A stretch of 64,000 bases of DNA, taken from positions 24,006 through 88,005 of the forward strand of contig CAVUVW010000006.1 in the NCBI GenBank assembly GCA_963745035.1, in the 5' to 3' direction. The notes beneath the pieces are model-generated. The model saw nothing but the letters and a program-made list of their open reading frames with translations, was not told the origin of the DNA and made no database searches. Shown here piece after piece: positions 52,182 to 63,061 of the stretch (position 1 is its first letter; every line of letters starts with the position of its first letter). The position numbers and the translations under genes were made by a program. Origin of the DNA: an uncultured delta proteobacterium. Its GTDB lineage: Bacteria > Desulfobacterota > Binatia > UBA9968.

Positions 52182-53688
52182 ATGGCGAACAGGTAGACAA
52201 ACATCAGTGGGACAAAGAAGTCGATGTCATCGTCGTCGGATTCGGCGCGGCGGGAGGAATCTCCGCCATCACCGCGCATGATGCCGGCGCAAAAGTATTG
52301 CTGATTGAAAAAATGCCGCACCCCGGCGGCATCTCGATTCTCTCCGGCGGCGGAGTCGCCTTCGCGCACAACGCCGAAGGCGCGTTTCAGTATCTCAAGC
52401 GCACCTGCAACGGCACCACTCCCGACGACATCCTGCGCACGCATGGCCGAGGAGATGGTCGGCATGATCGACTGGGTCACGGAGCTGGCTAAAGTCAGCG
52501 GCACCGAGCCGACCAAGACCGAAACCCGCGGCCACGGCACTTACCCGTTCCCCGGCACCAACGACATCGATTCGATCAAGCTCAAAGACTTTCAAGCCTA
52601 CTCTGAATTTCCCTGGGCCAAGGGACTGCGCGGCGGCGCTCGTCTATTCAAAGTCGTCTACGACAACGTGAACGCGCGCAAGATCGAAGTCATGCTCGCG
52701 ACGCCGGCGAAAGAATTGATCACGAGTCCAGACGGTGAAGTAATCGGCTTGATTGCCGAGCATGACGGCAAGCCTATACGGATCAAGGCAAACAAAGGCG
52801 TAATCCTCGCCTGCGGCGGCTACGAGAACGACGACGCCATGAAGCTGCAATACTTCGAAGCCCAGCCGGTCTATCCGGTTTATCTCGGCAATACCGGCGA
52901 CGGCGTAAAGATGGCACAGAAAGCCGGCGCGGGACTTTGGCACATGTGGCATTTCCACGGCGGCTACGGTTTCAAGTTTCCCGAGCTGCCGTTTCGCGAT
53001 TCGCCACGTCTGGGCCGGTCCGCGCAATGAAAATAGAAAAATGATCTGGATCGCCGTGGACAAATTCGGCAAGCGCTTCATGGACGAATACCCACCGGCG
53101 CCGCAAGACACCGGGACGCGGGCACTGGAATACTACGACGCCGATATCCAGGACTATCCGCGCATTCCCTGTTATCTGATCTTCGACGAAGAAGGAAGAA
53201 AGCTCGGCCCGATTGGCATACCGATCGTAAACGACGAGCGCTACGACGCGTCAGTTGGAGCGAAGACAATCTTGCCGAGATCGAAAAAGGCTGGATCAAA
53301 AAGGGCAACTCGCTCGAAGACATCGGCGCGCAGATCGACGTCAATCCCAAAGTCCTACGCGAGACCATCGACCGCTGGAATTCCCTCTGCACCGAAGGCC
53401 AAGACACTGATCAGAAGCGTCCGCCAAAAACCATGATGCCGATCAAGACTGGCCCTTTTTACGTCGTCGAAGCTTGGCCGATCGTGAACAACACCCAAGG
53501 CGGCCCCGAGCACGATGTCGAACAGCGCGTGCTCGATCCGATGAAACAAGCCGATTCCGCGCCTCTACGTCGCCGGAGAGATCAGCTCGATCTACGGTCA
53601 CTTATATTTAGAGGCGGGAAACATCACCGAATGCTTCGTCGCCGGCAAGATCGCCGGTCAGAACGCTGCGGGGGAACAGACTCGGTAA
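52182..53688 (+). CDS. FAD_binding_2 oxidoreductase (fumarate reductase/KstD-like), several frameshifts
   Basis: DVIVVGFGAAG, SGGG, GVILACGG, NTGDG and IPRLYVAGE motifs. Confidence 0.85.
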
Positions 53689-53778
53689 TAGACGCCTAGG
53701 CTCGCCTGCGGCAGCGCTGGTGAGACGTAACACTCACAGAAGCCGCCGAATGCCGCCACCGTCAGGTGCAGCGTTTGG

Positions 53779-54186
53779 TTAGGTGTTCTTGGCCGTGAAG
53801 TCCAGCCGGCCGGCTTGTTGATCGATAGACGGATGATTCACTTTGGACAGGCGGCCAGATTCGGCCATTCGCCTCTCCGCTGTTTCCCAGTCCGGTAGCT
53901 CGGCGGAGTCTTGGTTCCAATGCACCACAGCGGCCTCGTCACACCACTCGAGAAGCTTGGGCATCGCGTGCAGATGAGGCGGCGCGATGCGGTAGGCGCT
54001 CATCGCCGCTTCGTCCCGCCACGCGGTCAGTGTCCAGAACGCGAAGCCTTCTACTCTCCGCAACTTGACCCCGAGGCTGCCGGGCGCGCGTTGGGCCTGT
54101 CTGAATGATCGCCAGGTATACCAGCCAAATGGCAACCCAAAGCGAACCGACCTGACGCGCAAGCGGGTGACAGCAACCAGCGGCAT
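53779..54186 (-). CDS. DUF3291-like protein (probable stray cassette)
   Basis: VTRLRVRS, FWTLTAW and H..AMPKLLEWCDEA motifs; stop codon lies in ACCTAAC. Confidence 0.75.
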   Translation of the reverse strand: MPLVAVTRLRVRSVRFGLPFGWYTWRSFRQAQRAPGSLGVKLRRVEGFAFWTLTAWRDEAAMSAYRIAPPHLHAMPKLLEWCDEAAVVHWNQDSAELPDWETAERRMAESGRLSKVNHPSIDQQAGRLDFTAKNT

Positions 54187-54280
54187 CGTCAAATCCTCAG
54201 TATCGAGCGTGCCATAAGCACGAGCGCCTGTTGTCTGAATCAACAAGCCTAACGAATCGCGTATCAACCGCTGGGGTTGG

Positions 54281-54496
54281 TTAGGCTACCCCTAGGCCGC
54301 GGTCGAATAGCCGAGTAGCCGGAAGTCGAGCCGCCTTCCATCGTGCCCCACTGATAGATCTTGTGATACCGATGCGCGGACGGCACACCGCCTCTTGGCG
54401 CGCCAGCTCTCGGTAGGCTGTATCCAGCGTCGCCATGGTGATTTCCATGTCGAGGACTTGCTTCACGTCGTCATTGTTGAGAATCAGCGTCACATG
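54281..54496 (-). pseudogene. Truncated ornithine cyclodeaminase/mu-crystallin family gene
   Basis: N-terminus TLILNNDDVKQVL...AVCRPRI only. Confidence 0.65.
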
Positions 54497-54517
54497 CTAC
54501 TGCCCCTTTTTTGGGGG

Positions 54518-55510
54518 CTAAGGATTCTTTCCCCACAGTTTGGCAAAGAATCCCTCGTCGACCAATTCCTGGACGATGCTGTTATCGAAGAATTGTTCCG
54601 GCCGCGCCTGCTTCGCCTTGGAATTTGTCCGGCCGATTTCATCAAGAGTGACCTGAAACCCCGCCCGCTTCACGAACGGCACTTTTTCCATGAATTCGTA
54701 GCCATACTTGAGACTGCCCTCCAACATTTTTTGATCTTTAATTTTGGTGTATTTGGCAAATATTGCCAACGATTCGGCCTGGCGATTGTAGAGGAAGTGC
54801 ATCGCCTTGCCATAGGCTCGTAAGAAAGCTTTCGCCTGCGGCCGCTTGTCTTTGAGAAAGCGCTTCGTGGTCGTCAGCGTCAAGTGAACAAATGGAATTT
54901 CGTCTTTGGCAAGATTGGCCAACACCTTTGCCCCGCCCTGTTCGGCTACATAGACCATCGGGTAAGACATCGGCGCGGCCGCGATAATCTTCTTAGAGAG
55001 CGCCGCGGCGATCTCCGGCATACCGCCTATCTGAATGAAGGCCACGTCCCGGTGAGCTGCGAGCCCGTGCTTGGCAAGAAACATGCGCATGCCGAAATCG
55101 GTCGCCGCACCAAAACGAGAAACGCCGATGGTTTTGCCTTTGAGGTCACTTACACTGTTTATCTCCGGCGCAGCCATTACATAAAAAGGAACGATATTGA
55201 CCGCAGCGCCGATGGCAACCAAATCCGCGCCCTGCAGGCCGGAATCCGCGATCACTTGACTGTTCTGCGCGCTGATGACGATCTCGCCTGCCAACGTCGC
55301 CTTGGCGGCAATGGGCGAGCTGGCGATATACATCGTATCGACGTCCAAGCCTTCTTCTTTATAGAATCCCGCATCGCTCATGATCCAAAACGGCGAGTTG
55401 AACGCGCTCACCGCGGTCCACGCTATGACAAGCTTCTGCGCTAGCGCCGGCCGCGCGAAAATAACAATTGCGACAAGGAGGCAATGAAACACAAGCAACG
55501 TTCTCTTCAT
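54518..55510 (-). CDS. NMT1/SsuA-type solute-binding protein
   Basis: Signal peptide; DLKGKTIGVSRFGAATD motif. Confidence 0.85.
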   Translation of the reverse strand: MKRTLLVFHCLLVAIVIFARPALAQKLVIAWTAVSAFNSPFWIMSDAGFYKEEGLDVDTMYIASSPIAAKATLAGEIVISAQNSQVIADSGLQGADLVAIGAAVNIVPFYVMAAPEINSVSDLKGKTIGVSRFGAATDFGMRMFLAKHGLAAHRDVAFIQIGGMPEIAAALSKKIIAAAPMSYPMVYVAEQGGAKVLANLAKDEIPFVHLTLTTTKRFLKDKRPQAKAFLRAYGKAMHFLYNRQAESLAIFAKYTKIKDQKMLEGSLKYGYEFMEKVPFVKRAGFQVTLDEIGRTNSKAKQARPEQFFDNSIVQELVDEGFFAKLWGKNP

Positions 55511-55534
55511 TTGCCCATCACTCCAATCTTCTCG

Positions 55535-56581
55535 CTAAGGATTCTTGCCCCAAAGTTTAGCAAAAAACCCTTCATTGATCAGCTCCTGTACCAGGCTATT
55601 GTCGAAGAACTGCTCGGGCTTTGCCTGTTTGGCCTTGGGATTGGACTTTGCGATCTGGTCCAACGTAACCTGGAACGCCTCCGCTTTTACGAGTGGAATC
55701 TTCTCCATGAAGTCGTAGCCGTACTGAATGCTGCCGTCGAGCATGCCCTGATCGTTGATCCGAGTATATTTCGCAAAAATCGCCCGCGTCTCCTCCTTGC
55801 GCGTGTGCATGAAATGCATCGCCCGGCCATATGCCCGAACGAAAGCTTTGGCTTGCGGGCGATTTTCTTTGATCCACTTCCGCGACGTGGTGAGGCCGAT
55901 GTGCATAAAGGGGATCTCTTCTTTGGCGAGATTGGCGATCATGCGCATGCCCGCCTGCTGCGCAAGATAGACCATGGGCTGCGACATCGGCGCGGCAAAG
56001 ACGGTTTTCTTGGACAGCGCCGCGGCCAGCTCAGGCATGCCGCCGATTTGAATGAACGGGACGTCCTTCGCCGGTTCGAGACCGTACTTCGACAAGAGCA
56101 TGCGCATGCCGAAATCCGTCGACGCACCGAAGCGCGTGACACCGACCACCTTCCCTCTGAGATCGTTTACGCTTTTGATTTCCGGCGCGGCCATCACATA
56201 GAAAGCCACGACGTTGGTGATCGCGCCCATGGCGACCAGATCGCCGCCGCCGAGCCCAACATCGACGATCACCTGGCTGTTGGCGCCGGAAAGCACGATC
56301 TCGCCCGCCAACGTCGCCCGCGCCACGGTCGGCGAGCTAGCGATGTAGACGAGCTGGATGTCCAAGCCCTCCTGCTTCCAAAAACCTGCGTCGTTCATCA
56401 CCCAGAACGGGGAATTCAGCGCGCTCACCGCCGACCAGGCGACGATGGACTTCTGCGCGTGGGCGAACGCAGGTATCAAAAGCAAACCGCTCGCTGCGAT
56501 AAATATATTGATCGCAAACTTCACTTCAGAGATTCGCGATAAAAAGGATAGCGCTCTATGAAACCGGCCGCGTTCGCTCAT
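55535..56581 (-). CDS. NMT1/SsuA-type solute-binding protein (tandem paralog)
   Basis: Highly similar to its neighbour; both end FFAKLWGKNP. Confidence 0.85.
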   Translation of the reverse strand: MSERGRFHRALSFLSRISEVKFAINIFIAASGLLLIPAFAHAQKSIVAWSAVSALNSPFWVMNDAGFWKQEGLDIQLVYIASSPTVARATLAGEIVLSGANSQVIVDVGLGGGDLVAMGAITNVVAFYVMAAPEIKSVNDLRGKVVGVTRFGASTDFGMRMLLSKYGLEPAKDVPFIQIGGMPELAAALSKKTVFAAPMSQPMVYLAQQAGMRMIANLAKEEIPFMHIGLTTSRKWIKENRPQAKAFVRAYGRAMHFMHTRKEETRAIFAKYTRINDQGMLDGSIQYGYDFMEKIPLVKAEAFQVTLDQIAKSNPKAKQAKPEQFFDNSLVQELINEGFFAKLWGKNP

Positions 56582-56842
56582 TCTGCCTCCATTTGGACAA
56601 ACCTTCGGCTATCGCCCGAAGTACGGCGATCCTCTATCGGCAGGGCAGTTTGTGTCAAGCGAACTCCGCGGCAACTACTGTTGCCCTCAAGATCTCGGAC
56701 GAAGTCTATCCTGTCATTTCGAGTTTAAAGCGAGAAATCTTTCTTGATTGGACGCTCATGAGCGCTCTAACGGGACCAACCCGACGCGCGTCATTTCTCC
56801 TTGAAATAATTGCCGCGCCGTTTTATGGTCGCCGATATCACT

Positions 56843-58036
56843 ATGAGCATTCGCAACAAAACAGCGATCGTCGGCATCGGCGAAACTCCCACGGATCGTT
56901 TGGGATCGAAGCCCGGCGAGCCGCGTAAGTCGAGCGCGGAATATATTTCCTGGGCCATGCGGCTTGCGTTGGAAGATGCGGGATTGAGCCTGAAAGATTT
57001 TCAGGGCCAAGGCTTGGGCGTGACGATACCGACCGCTTACCCGCAGCCTTTCTGGCCCGAAGAAGTCGCGGAGATCTTGGGCATCACGCCGGGACTGCTG
57101 CAAGGCGGCTCCACCGGCGGCGCCGGAGCGGTCTCGCTGCTCGGCGGCATGGCGGCAGCGATCAGTTCGGGATTGATCGATCTCGCCCTCGTGTGCGGTT
57201 CGGCGGCGCCGTTTTCCGAGCACTGGGGCGGCGGCATCCAACCCGGCGACATGCGCGACTGGGAGATTCCTTACGGCACCATGGGGCCCAACAGTAAGAT
57301 CGCCATGGTCATGCGCCGCTACATGCACGAGTACGGCGCGACCCTGGATCATTTCGGCAAGATTGCCGTCGCCGGACGCTATCACGCGAGCCTCAATCCG
57401 CTCGCGTATCTGCGCAAGCCGATCACCGTCGACGACTACAAAACTTCTCGGCTAGTGGCGGATCCGGTGCGTCTGCTCGACTGCGTCATGCCGGCCAACG
57501 GCGGCAGGGCTTATATTTTGGCTTCACCCGAGCGCGGGAAAACACTGCGCAAGAAGCCGGTCTATCTCAAAGGATTCGGCGAGCGAAGCAATCCGTCCTA
57601 CGGCCCGCGCGCCGGCTCTGATGCGCTCGTGATGGGCGTCAAAGACGCCGGCAAAATCGCCATGGAAATGGCCGGCGTCCGACACAGCGCCATCAATTTT
57701 CTGCAACTCTACGACGATTACATCATTGTCGTTTACCTGCAGATCGAAGATCTCGGTTTTTGCGCCAAGGGCGACGTGAGCTTCTACGAGCGCACCGATT
57801 TCACCTTCAAAGGCCAACTGCCGATCCAGACCGGCGGCGGCATGATCAACGTCGGCCAGCCGTCGACCGCGGGCGGGACCTTGCACGTCATCGAAGCGGT
57901 GCGCCAACTGCGCGGCGAAGGCGTCGAGCGTCAGGTAGCGAATGCGAAAACCGGTCTCGTCACCGGCTTGGGCGTACTCCCCTATGGAAAAAACTTGGGC
58001 TGCTGCGCCGTGGCGGTGCTCGGAAGCGAACTGTAA
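56843..58036 (+). CDS. SCP-x-type thiolase family protein
   Basis: AIVGIGET, HASLNP.A, LYDDY and EAVRQLRG motifs. Confidence 0.9.
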   Translation: MSIRNKTAIVGIGETPTDRLGSKPGEPRKSSAEYISWAMRLALEDAGLSLKDFQGQGLGVTIPTAYPQPFWPEEVAEILGITPGLLQGGSTGGAGAVSLLGGMAAAISSGLIDLALVCGSAAPFSEHWGGGIQPGDMRDWEIPYGTMGPNSKIAMVMRRYMHEYGATLDHFGKIAVAGRYHASLNPLAYLRKPITVDDYKTSRLVADPVRLLDCVMPANGGRAYILASPERGKTLRKKPVYLKGFGERSNPSYGPRAGSDALVMGVKDAGKIAMEMAGVRHSAINFLQLYDDYIIVVYLQIEDLGFCAKGDVSFYERTDFTFKGQLPIQTGGGMINVGQPSTAGGTLHVIEAVRQLRGEGVERQVANAKTGLVTGLGVLPYGKNLGCCAVAVLGSEL

Positions 58037-58038
58037 AT

Positions 58039-58464
58039 ATGGCTGAAGCAGACATCAGAAAACCGTTGCCGGCGATCACCACCGAAGCCAAGGCCTTTTG
58101 GGATGCGGCGGCACAGAACAAGCTCGTCATGCAGCGCTGCCAGGATTGCCGCGCCTGGGTGTGGACGCCGCGCCCGTTGTGCAACGAATGCGGCAGCGAG
58201 CGCATAGAATGGACGCCCATGAGCGGCAATGGCGAGATTTATTCCTTCACGGTGATTCGCCAGGTGGTCGGCCGCGCCGCCTCGAAAGCTTTTGAGCCGG
58301 ATATTCCCTACGTGGTTGCCTGGGTCGATCTCGAAGAAGGACCGCGCATGATCACCAACGTGGTGAACTGCCCGGTCGAAGACGTCAAGCTCGGCATGAA
58401 AGTCGCGGTGACGTTCGAGCAGGCGTCGAAAGACGTCTGGCTGCCGAAGTTCAAACCTGCCTGA
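58039..58464 (+). CDS. DUF35 Zn-ribbon/OB-fold protein
   Basis: FWDAA, QRCQDC..PRPLCNEC and VDLEEGPRM motifs. Confidence 0.92.
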   Translation: MAEADIRKPLPAITTEAKAFWDAAAQNKLVMQRCQDCRAWVWTPRPLCNECGSERIEWTPMSGNGEIYSFTVIRQVVGRAASKAFEPDIPYVVAWVDLEEGPRMITNVVNCPVEDVKLGMKVAVTFEQASKDVWLPKFKPA

Positions 58465-59111
58465 TCGCGCGATAGCGAACAGTAACCAATATTATTTAGC
58501 GATTCCATGTTTGAAGGCATGGGCGCCGGTGCAGCCGCGCGCGAATCCGCTATGTCTCCGATTTTGCTTGCAGACTCGATAGCTGGCAATCGCGGGCGAG
58601 TTGGCTCAGCAGGGTTTCGATCCCTGCGGTGTCGTGCGACCACAGCAGGGAGAGCGGCACTACTTCGCCGCTGTGAAGCTGAAATGCAGGTCGCACCACT
58701 GTTCCACCCTCGCTATCTGTTCCGACGACGAGCATCATTCCCGCGAGCTCATGCCATTCCAGCTGACGCAGCGAACGTCCGCTGATTCCCCAAACGTGCT
58801 ACCTGCACGCGGCGCCGGAGCAGATCGATTGTCGTGCGAGATGCCGGCGCCCGAGCCAACCACCACAGAGCGCCGGCAGAACCTCCGGCGCCGATCGCAA
58901 AACAACCCAATCGAGCCCATACGCTCAAGGTGGCGGCATTTGTAGCCAGTCCGAGCGTCGCCGCCATGGTGACGCAACCGCCGGCAAGAAGAAAAAGCCC
59001 GAGCGCCCAATGAGCTCCGGGCCGGTCACGGACCACAATGCTACCGCCTTCGCGTCGAGCGCGCACAGCCCCCCAGCTCCTGATTCACTCCTTTTAAAAA
59101 ATGACAGAGAG

Positions 59112-59210
59112 AAAGACTTCTCACGGAGTTTATCCTGAGCACCGTCGAAGGGTTCGAAATGACAAACGTCTACTATTGTTCGTCATTGCGAACGGATGTG
59201 AGGAATCTTT
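59112..59210. repeat. GTCATT(T/G)CGA-type palindromic repeat with nested TTTATCCTGAGC..GTCGAAGGG unit
   Basis: The nested unit matches the insert in imuB (12960-12999); half copies at 33096-33123 and 56713-56741. Confidence 0.65.
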
Positions 59211-59280
59211 GCCAGGCATTTTTTAGCATCTATGGGCGAGTGTAAGCTCATGACTCACCTCGTGGTGATATGTTCGGGCA

Positions 59281-60258
59281 CTAACGTTTCTGCGCGAGTA
59301 CTTCGTCGAGCAGCGAGAAATCAAACACCTGTTCCGGCCTCGGCAGCTCTTTCAGCCCCATGTCGCGCTGATCCAGCTCGAATTCGAGCTTCATGGCGCT
59401 CGCCGTCGGCTTGCCGTCCGACGCCCACCCCTTCAATAGTCCGTCATAGACATAGCCCGCCTCTTCCTGATTGAGCGCAAGCTGCTTCATCAGCACGGGG
59501 ACGGTCCGCTCCTTTTGCGTGACGATAATGCGGATCGCCTCGACCACGGCTTGCACGGCCGGCCGGAAGAAATCGCGCCTAGATTGCATGGACGCGACCG
59601 ACATGCCTAGCCCGCTCTGCGGCAACTCCAGTTCATCGCCCGCTCGCGCGAGCGCATGAAATCCCTGCTTCACCATACGCACGGTCTCGACGCTATTGAG
59701 CATAGCAACTTGCACGGTGCCGCTGCTAAGCGCCGCGGCGCGCGCGGTCCCCGCGTTCACGACTTTGTACTCGTCCGGCTTCAATCCCTTGCGGCGCAGT
59801 AATTCCCCCAGAACGACATTCACCGTTCCCTGCGGCGTGTAGCCGCCGATTACTTTTCCCCTGAGTTGATCGATCGTCGTAATGTCTTTTGTCGCAACGA
59901 GCACAAAATCGGGACGATTGAGAGACACCAGGCCGACGCGCACCGGCACACCTCGCAGCGCCGCGCGCGCCGTTGAGCCGATCGCGGAGTAGAAATCGAG
60001 CTCGCCGGCGAGCATCGCGGCGAGGCCGGCGCGCGGCTCGAGCACCAAAACCCGCGCATCATAGCCGTAGCTTTCGAAAATGCCGAGGTGCTTCGCGATG
60101 TAAATATGGGTCATGGTCGCCGAATGATTGGCGAGCGCGATATGGAGCGGGCGGAGCTTGGGTTTTTGCTGGGCGCTCGCCGCGCCCAGGAAGAGATGCA
60201 ACACCGCAACGAAAACCATATAACCCGCGCCGAGAGCCGCGCTTCGCGCCTGTTTCAT
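59281..60258 (-). CDS. NMT1/SsuA-type solute-binding protein
   Basis: QLRGKVIG and PEQVFDFSLL motifs. Confidence 0.8.
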   Translation of the reverse strand: MKQARSAALGAGYMVFVAVLHLFLGAASAQQKPKLRPLHIALANHSATMTHIYIAKHLGIFESYGYDARVLVLEPRAGLAAMLAGELDFYSAIGSTARAALRGVPVRVGLVSLNRPDFVLVATKDITTIDQLRGKVIGGYTPQGTVNVVLGELLRRKGLKPDEYKVVNAGTARAAALSSGTVQVAMLNSVETVRMVKQGFHALARAGDELELPQSGLGMSVASMQSRRDFFRPAVQAVVEAIRIIVTQKERTVPVLMKQLALNQEEAGYVYDGLLKGWASDGKPTASAMKLEFELDQRDMGLKELPRPEQVFDFSLLDEVLAQKR

Positions 60259-60424
60259 AGGTCGATCTCCTTCGCCGGTTCTGCCGCTCTCATAGTCGTC
60301 GTTGCGGTCGCCTGTCAAGATGATTCATGGCGTGCGGCACGCGAAGCCAATCCCTCTTGTATCGAGCCCGGAACGTAGGTTAACAAAGCTTGAAAGGACA
60401 ACGCTCTTTTTCCGGAGGATTACG

Positions 60425-61882
60425 ATGGAGGAAATCCGCATCATCGATACGACTCTGCGCGACGGCAATACGAGCCTGTGGGCGCACAATATGACCACCG
60501 GCATGATGCATCCCGCGCTCCGCCACATGGACCAGGCCGGCTTCGATGGCATGGAGTTTTTCGTCAGCGGCCGTTTCAAAAAAGTCGTGCGCGAGCAGCG
60601 CGACGATCCCTGGGATTGGGTGCGCTACGGCCAAAAGGAAATAAAAAACACGCGCCTGCGCTATCATGGCGGCCTGAGCAGCGGCTTTACTTTCACACCT
60701 GCCTGCATCCCGCGGCTCATTATCGAACGCGTGGTGCATTACGGTATTACTCTCACCCGGCTATCCGATCCATGGAATGATTATGGGGCGTTAAAGAACG
60801 AGGTCGAGGAACTCAAAAATCTCGGCATGGACTCCGTGGTAAATATCATCTACTCCATCTCGCCGCGCCATACCGATGAGTACTACGCGCGCAAAACGCG
60901 CGAGGCCGCGGCGATGAAACCCTATCGCCTTTGCTTTAAAGACGTAGGCGGCATGCTCACCCCGGATCGGGCACAGGTCCTTTCTCGGATCGTTCTGGAG
61001 AACGCCGGCGACGTTCCGGTCGAATTTCACGCGCACTGCAACAACGGTTTGGCTCCATTTAACGTCCTCGCGGTCGTCCAGCAAGGCATTCGCATCGTTC
61101 ATACTTCGGTGCCGCCACTCGCCAATGGCTCGGCCCAGCCGTCGATCTTCAACGTCGCCCGCAACCTGCGCGCCCTCGGCTACAAGCCTTTGGTCAATGA
61201 AAGTGTGCTGGAACCCGTCGAGCGACACTTCCGCCGCGTCGCCGAAGAAGAAGGACTGCCGATCGGTATGCCGCGGGAATACGACGAGACCTGGTATCGC
61301 CACCAGGTTCCCGGCGGCATGATTTCCAACTTGCGGCATCAACTCAAGATGCTTGGCAAAGAAGACAAGATGCAAACGGTTCTGGAGGAAATCGTCCAGG
61401 TCCGCGCCGAGCTCGGCTACCCGATCATGGTGACTCCCTTCGCGCAATTCGTCGGCAGCCAGGCGGCGATCAACGTCATAACGGGCGAGCGCTACAAGGA
61501 GGTTACGGATCAAGTCATCCAGTATGCAATTGGACTATGGGGCAAAGAAGGCGCCGAATACATGGACGCCGAGGTGAAGGCGAAAGTTTTGAATCGCTCC
61601 CGCGCTCGGGAAATGGAAAATTTTAAAGTGCCGGACATATCGCTCGAAGACGTAAGAAAGAAATACGGCGGGCCGAACCTGTCCGACGAAGAACTACTCT
61701 TGCGCTACTACGCCGGCCCGGAGTTCGTCGACGCTCTCAAAGGCGCGCCGCCGCGCAAAGAATATCTGGATGCACGAAAACCGTTGGTGAAGTTGGTCGA
61801 AGAGCTGGTCAGTAAGCGCGGCGCGGGCCATGTCTATATTCGCCGCGAGAACTTTACGTTGACCGCAGGACGAAGAGCGTAG
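60425..61882 (+). CDS. Pyruvate/oxaloacetate carboxyltransferase (PycB/OadA-like; no biotinyl domain)
   Basis: DTTLRDG, KDVGG, HAHC, HQVPGGMISNL and GYPIMVTPFAQ motifs. Confidence 0.88.
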   Translation: MEEIRIIDTTLRDGNTSLWAHNMTTGMMHPALRHMDQAGFDGMEFFVSGRFKKVVREQRDDPWDWVRYGQKEIKNTRLRYHGGLSSGFTFTPACIPRLIIERVVHYGITLTRLSDPWNDYGALKNEVEELKNLGMDSVVNIIYSISPRHTDEYYARKTREAAAMKPYRLCFKDVGGMLTPDRAQVLSRIVLENAGDVPVEFHAHCNNGLAPFNVLAVVQQGIRIVHTSVPPLANGSAQPSIFNVARNLRALGYKPLVNESVLEPVERHFRRVAEEEGLPIGMPREYDETWYRHQVPGGMISNLRHQLKMLGKEDKMQTVLEEIVQVRAELGYPIMVTPFAQFVGSQAAINVITGERYKEVTDQVIQYAIGLWGKEGAEYMDAEVKAKVLNRSRAREMENFKVPDISLEDVRKKYGGPNLSDEELLLRYYAGPEFVDALKGAPPRKEYLDARKPLVKLVEELVSKRGAGHVYIRRENFTLTAGRRA

Positions 61883-62112
61883 AATACATTTAGTTCTTTG
61901 CGGTGAGGAGCATAGCTGGCTCCTTGACTGTCACTGAATCAACACTTCGAGATCCACATTCGACGTAACTCGCTTACTATCTGCGCAGTAACGCCGCGAT
62001 AGTCCAACGGATACGATTGAACCCGCTGGTTGGCGCTAACGTTAACGGACGACGCTGCGATATCAGCCCGCGCAGTTGAACTGAAGCGTCTGAGCAGATA
62101 CAGGAGTTGTCG

Positions 62113-63024
62113 ATGGACAAGCTCCGCTCGCTGCACGACGCGATCGCCCGCGACGTAGACGACGGCATGTCGATCGCGATGGGCTGCGCCCTCGAATCGC
62201 TCATTCCTTTCGCTGCCAGTCACGAAATCATTCGGCAGAATAAAAGCAATTTAACCTTGATCGGGCCGATCTCCGACATGCAATTCGATCAACTGATCGG
62301 CGCCGGCTGTGTGCGTAAAATTATCGCGTCATGGGTCGGCAACGTCGCCGCCGGCCTCGGGCACAATTACCGCCGCGCCGCCGAAGCCGGCATTCCTCGG
62401 CCGATCGAAATCGAAGAGCACTCCAACTTCACCATCGGGCTCGGACTCCAAGCCGCGGCGATGGGCGTGCCCTTTCTCCCCACGCGTACGATCATCGGCA
62501 GCGACATCGCTAACGGGGAACAGTTTCAACGGGTGCGTTGCCCGTTTACGCGTGAGAAGTTGATCGCCGTGCGCGCCATCCGCCCAGACGTTGCGATCCT
62601 TCACGCGCAACGCGCCGACCGGGAAGGCAACGCCCACGTCTGGGGCAACTTCGGGCTCATGCGCGAAGCGGCGCTGGCGTCCGGAAAAGTGATTTTGACC
62701 TGCGAAGAGATCGTCGATCACGACGTGATTCTCGGCGATCCCAATCGCACCGTGATTCTCGGCTTCGTGGTTTCCAGCGTGGTGCACCTGCCTTTCGGGT
62801 CGTTTCCATCGCCGACCCAAGGCTACGCGCGCCGCGACGACGATTTCTATTTCGACTATCACCGCGCGACGCGCCTCCGCGAGGGCTTCGAGAGCTGGGT
62901 GCGGCAATGGGTGCTCGAGGTCGCCGATCACCACCAGTTCTTGGGCCGTTTGCCACCGGAGAGAGTCGAAAGATTAAAGCCGGGCGCAGAGCTGCTCGCG
63001 CCGGCCGTGAATTTCAGCTACTGA
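62113..63024 (+). CDS. CoA-transferase subunit A (glutaconate CoA-transferase-like)
   Basis: AAAMGVPFLP and PDVAILHAQRADREGN motifs. Confidence 0.9.
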   Translation: MDKLRSLHDAIARDVDDGMSIAMGCALESLIPFAASHEIIRQNKSNLTLIGPISDMQFDQLIGAGCVRKIIASWVGNVAAGLGHNYRRAAEAGIPRPIEIEEHSNFTIGLGLQAAAMGVPFLPTRTIIGSDIANGEQFQRVRCPFTREKLIAVRAIRPDVAILHAQRADREGNAHVWGNFGLMREAALASGKVILTCEEIVDHDVILGDPNRTVILGFVVSSVVHLPFGSFPSPTQGYARRDDDFYFDYHRATRLREGFESWVRQWVLEVADHHQFLGRLPPERVERLKPGAELLAPAVNFSY

Positions 63025-63061
63025 GACCGATTTCAGCCAGCCAGAAAGCGAGGAGAAAAAT

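Noticed and set aside
11806-53688. Numerous frameshifts (lexA, intI, Mo-enzyme, OFOR alpha, SBPs and others) read as mass pseudogenisation or programmed frameshifting
   Set aside because: They are single-base indels, often in homopolymers, spread across unrelated genes without in-frame stops. Long-read error is the simpler explanation.
58500-59070. Small hydrophobic ORF fragments as another cassette
   Set aside because: No convincing attC and no intact reading frame.
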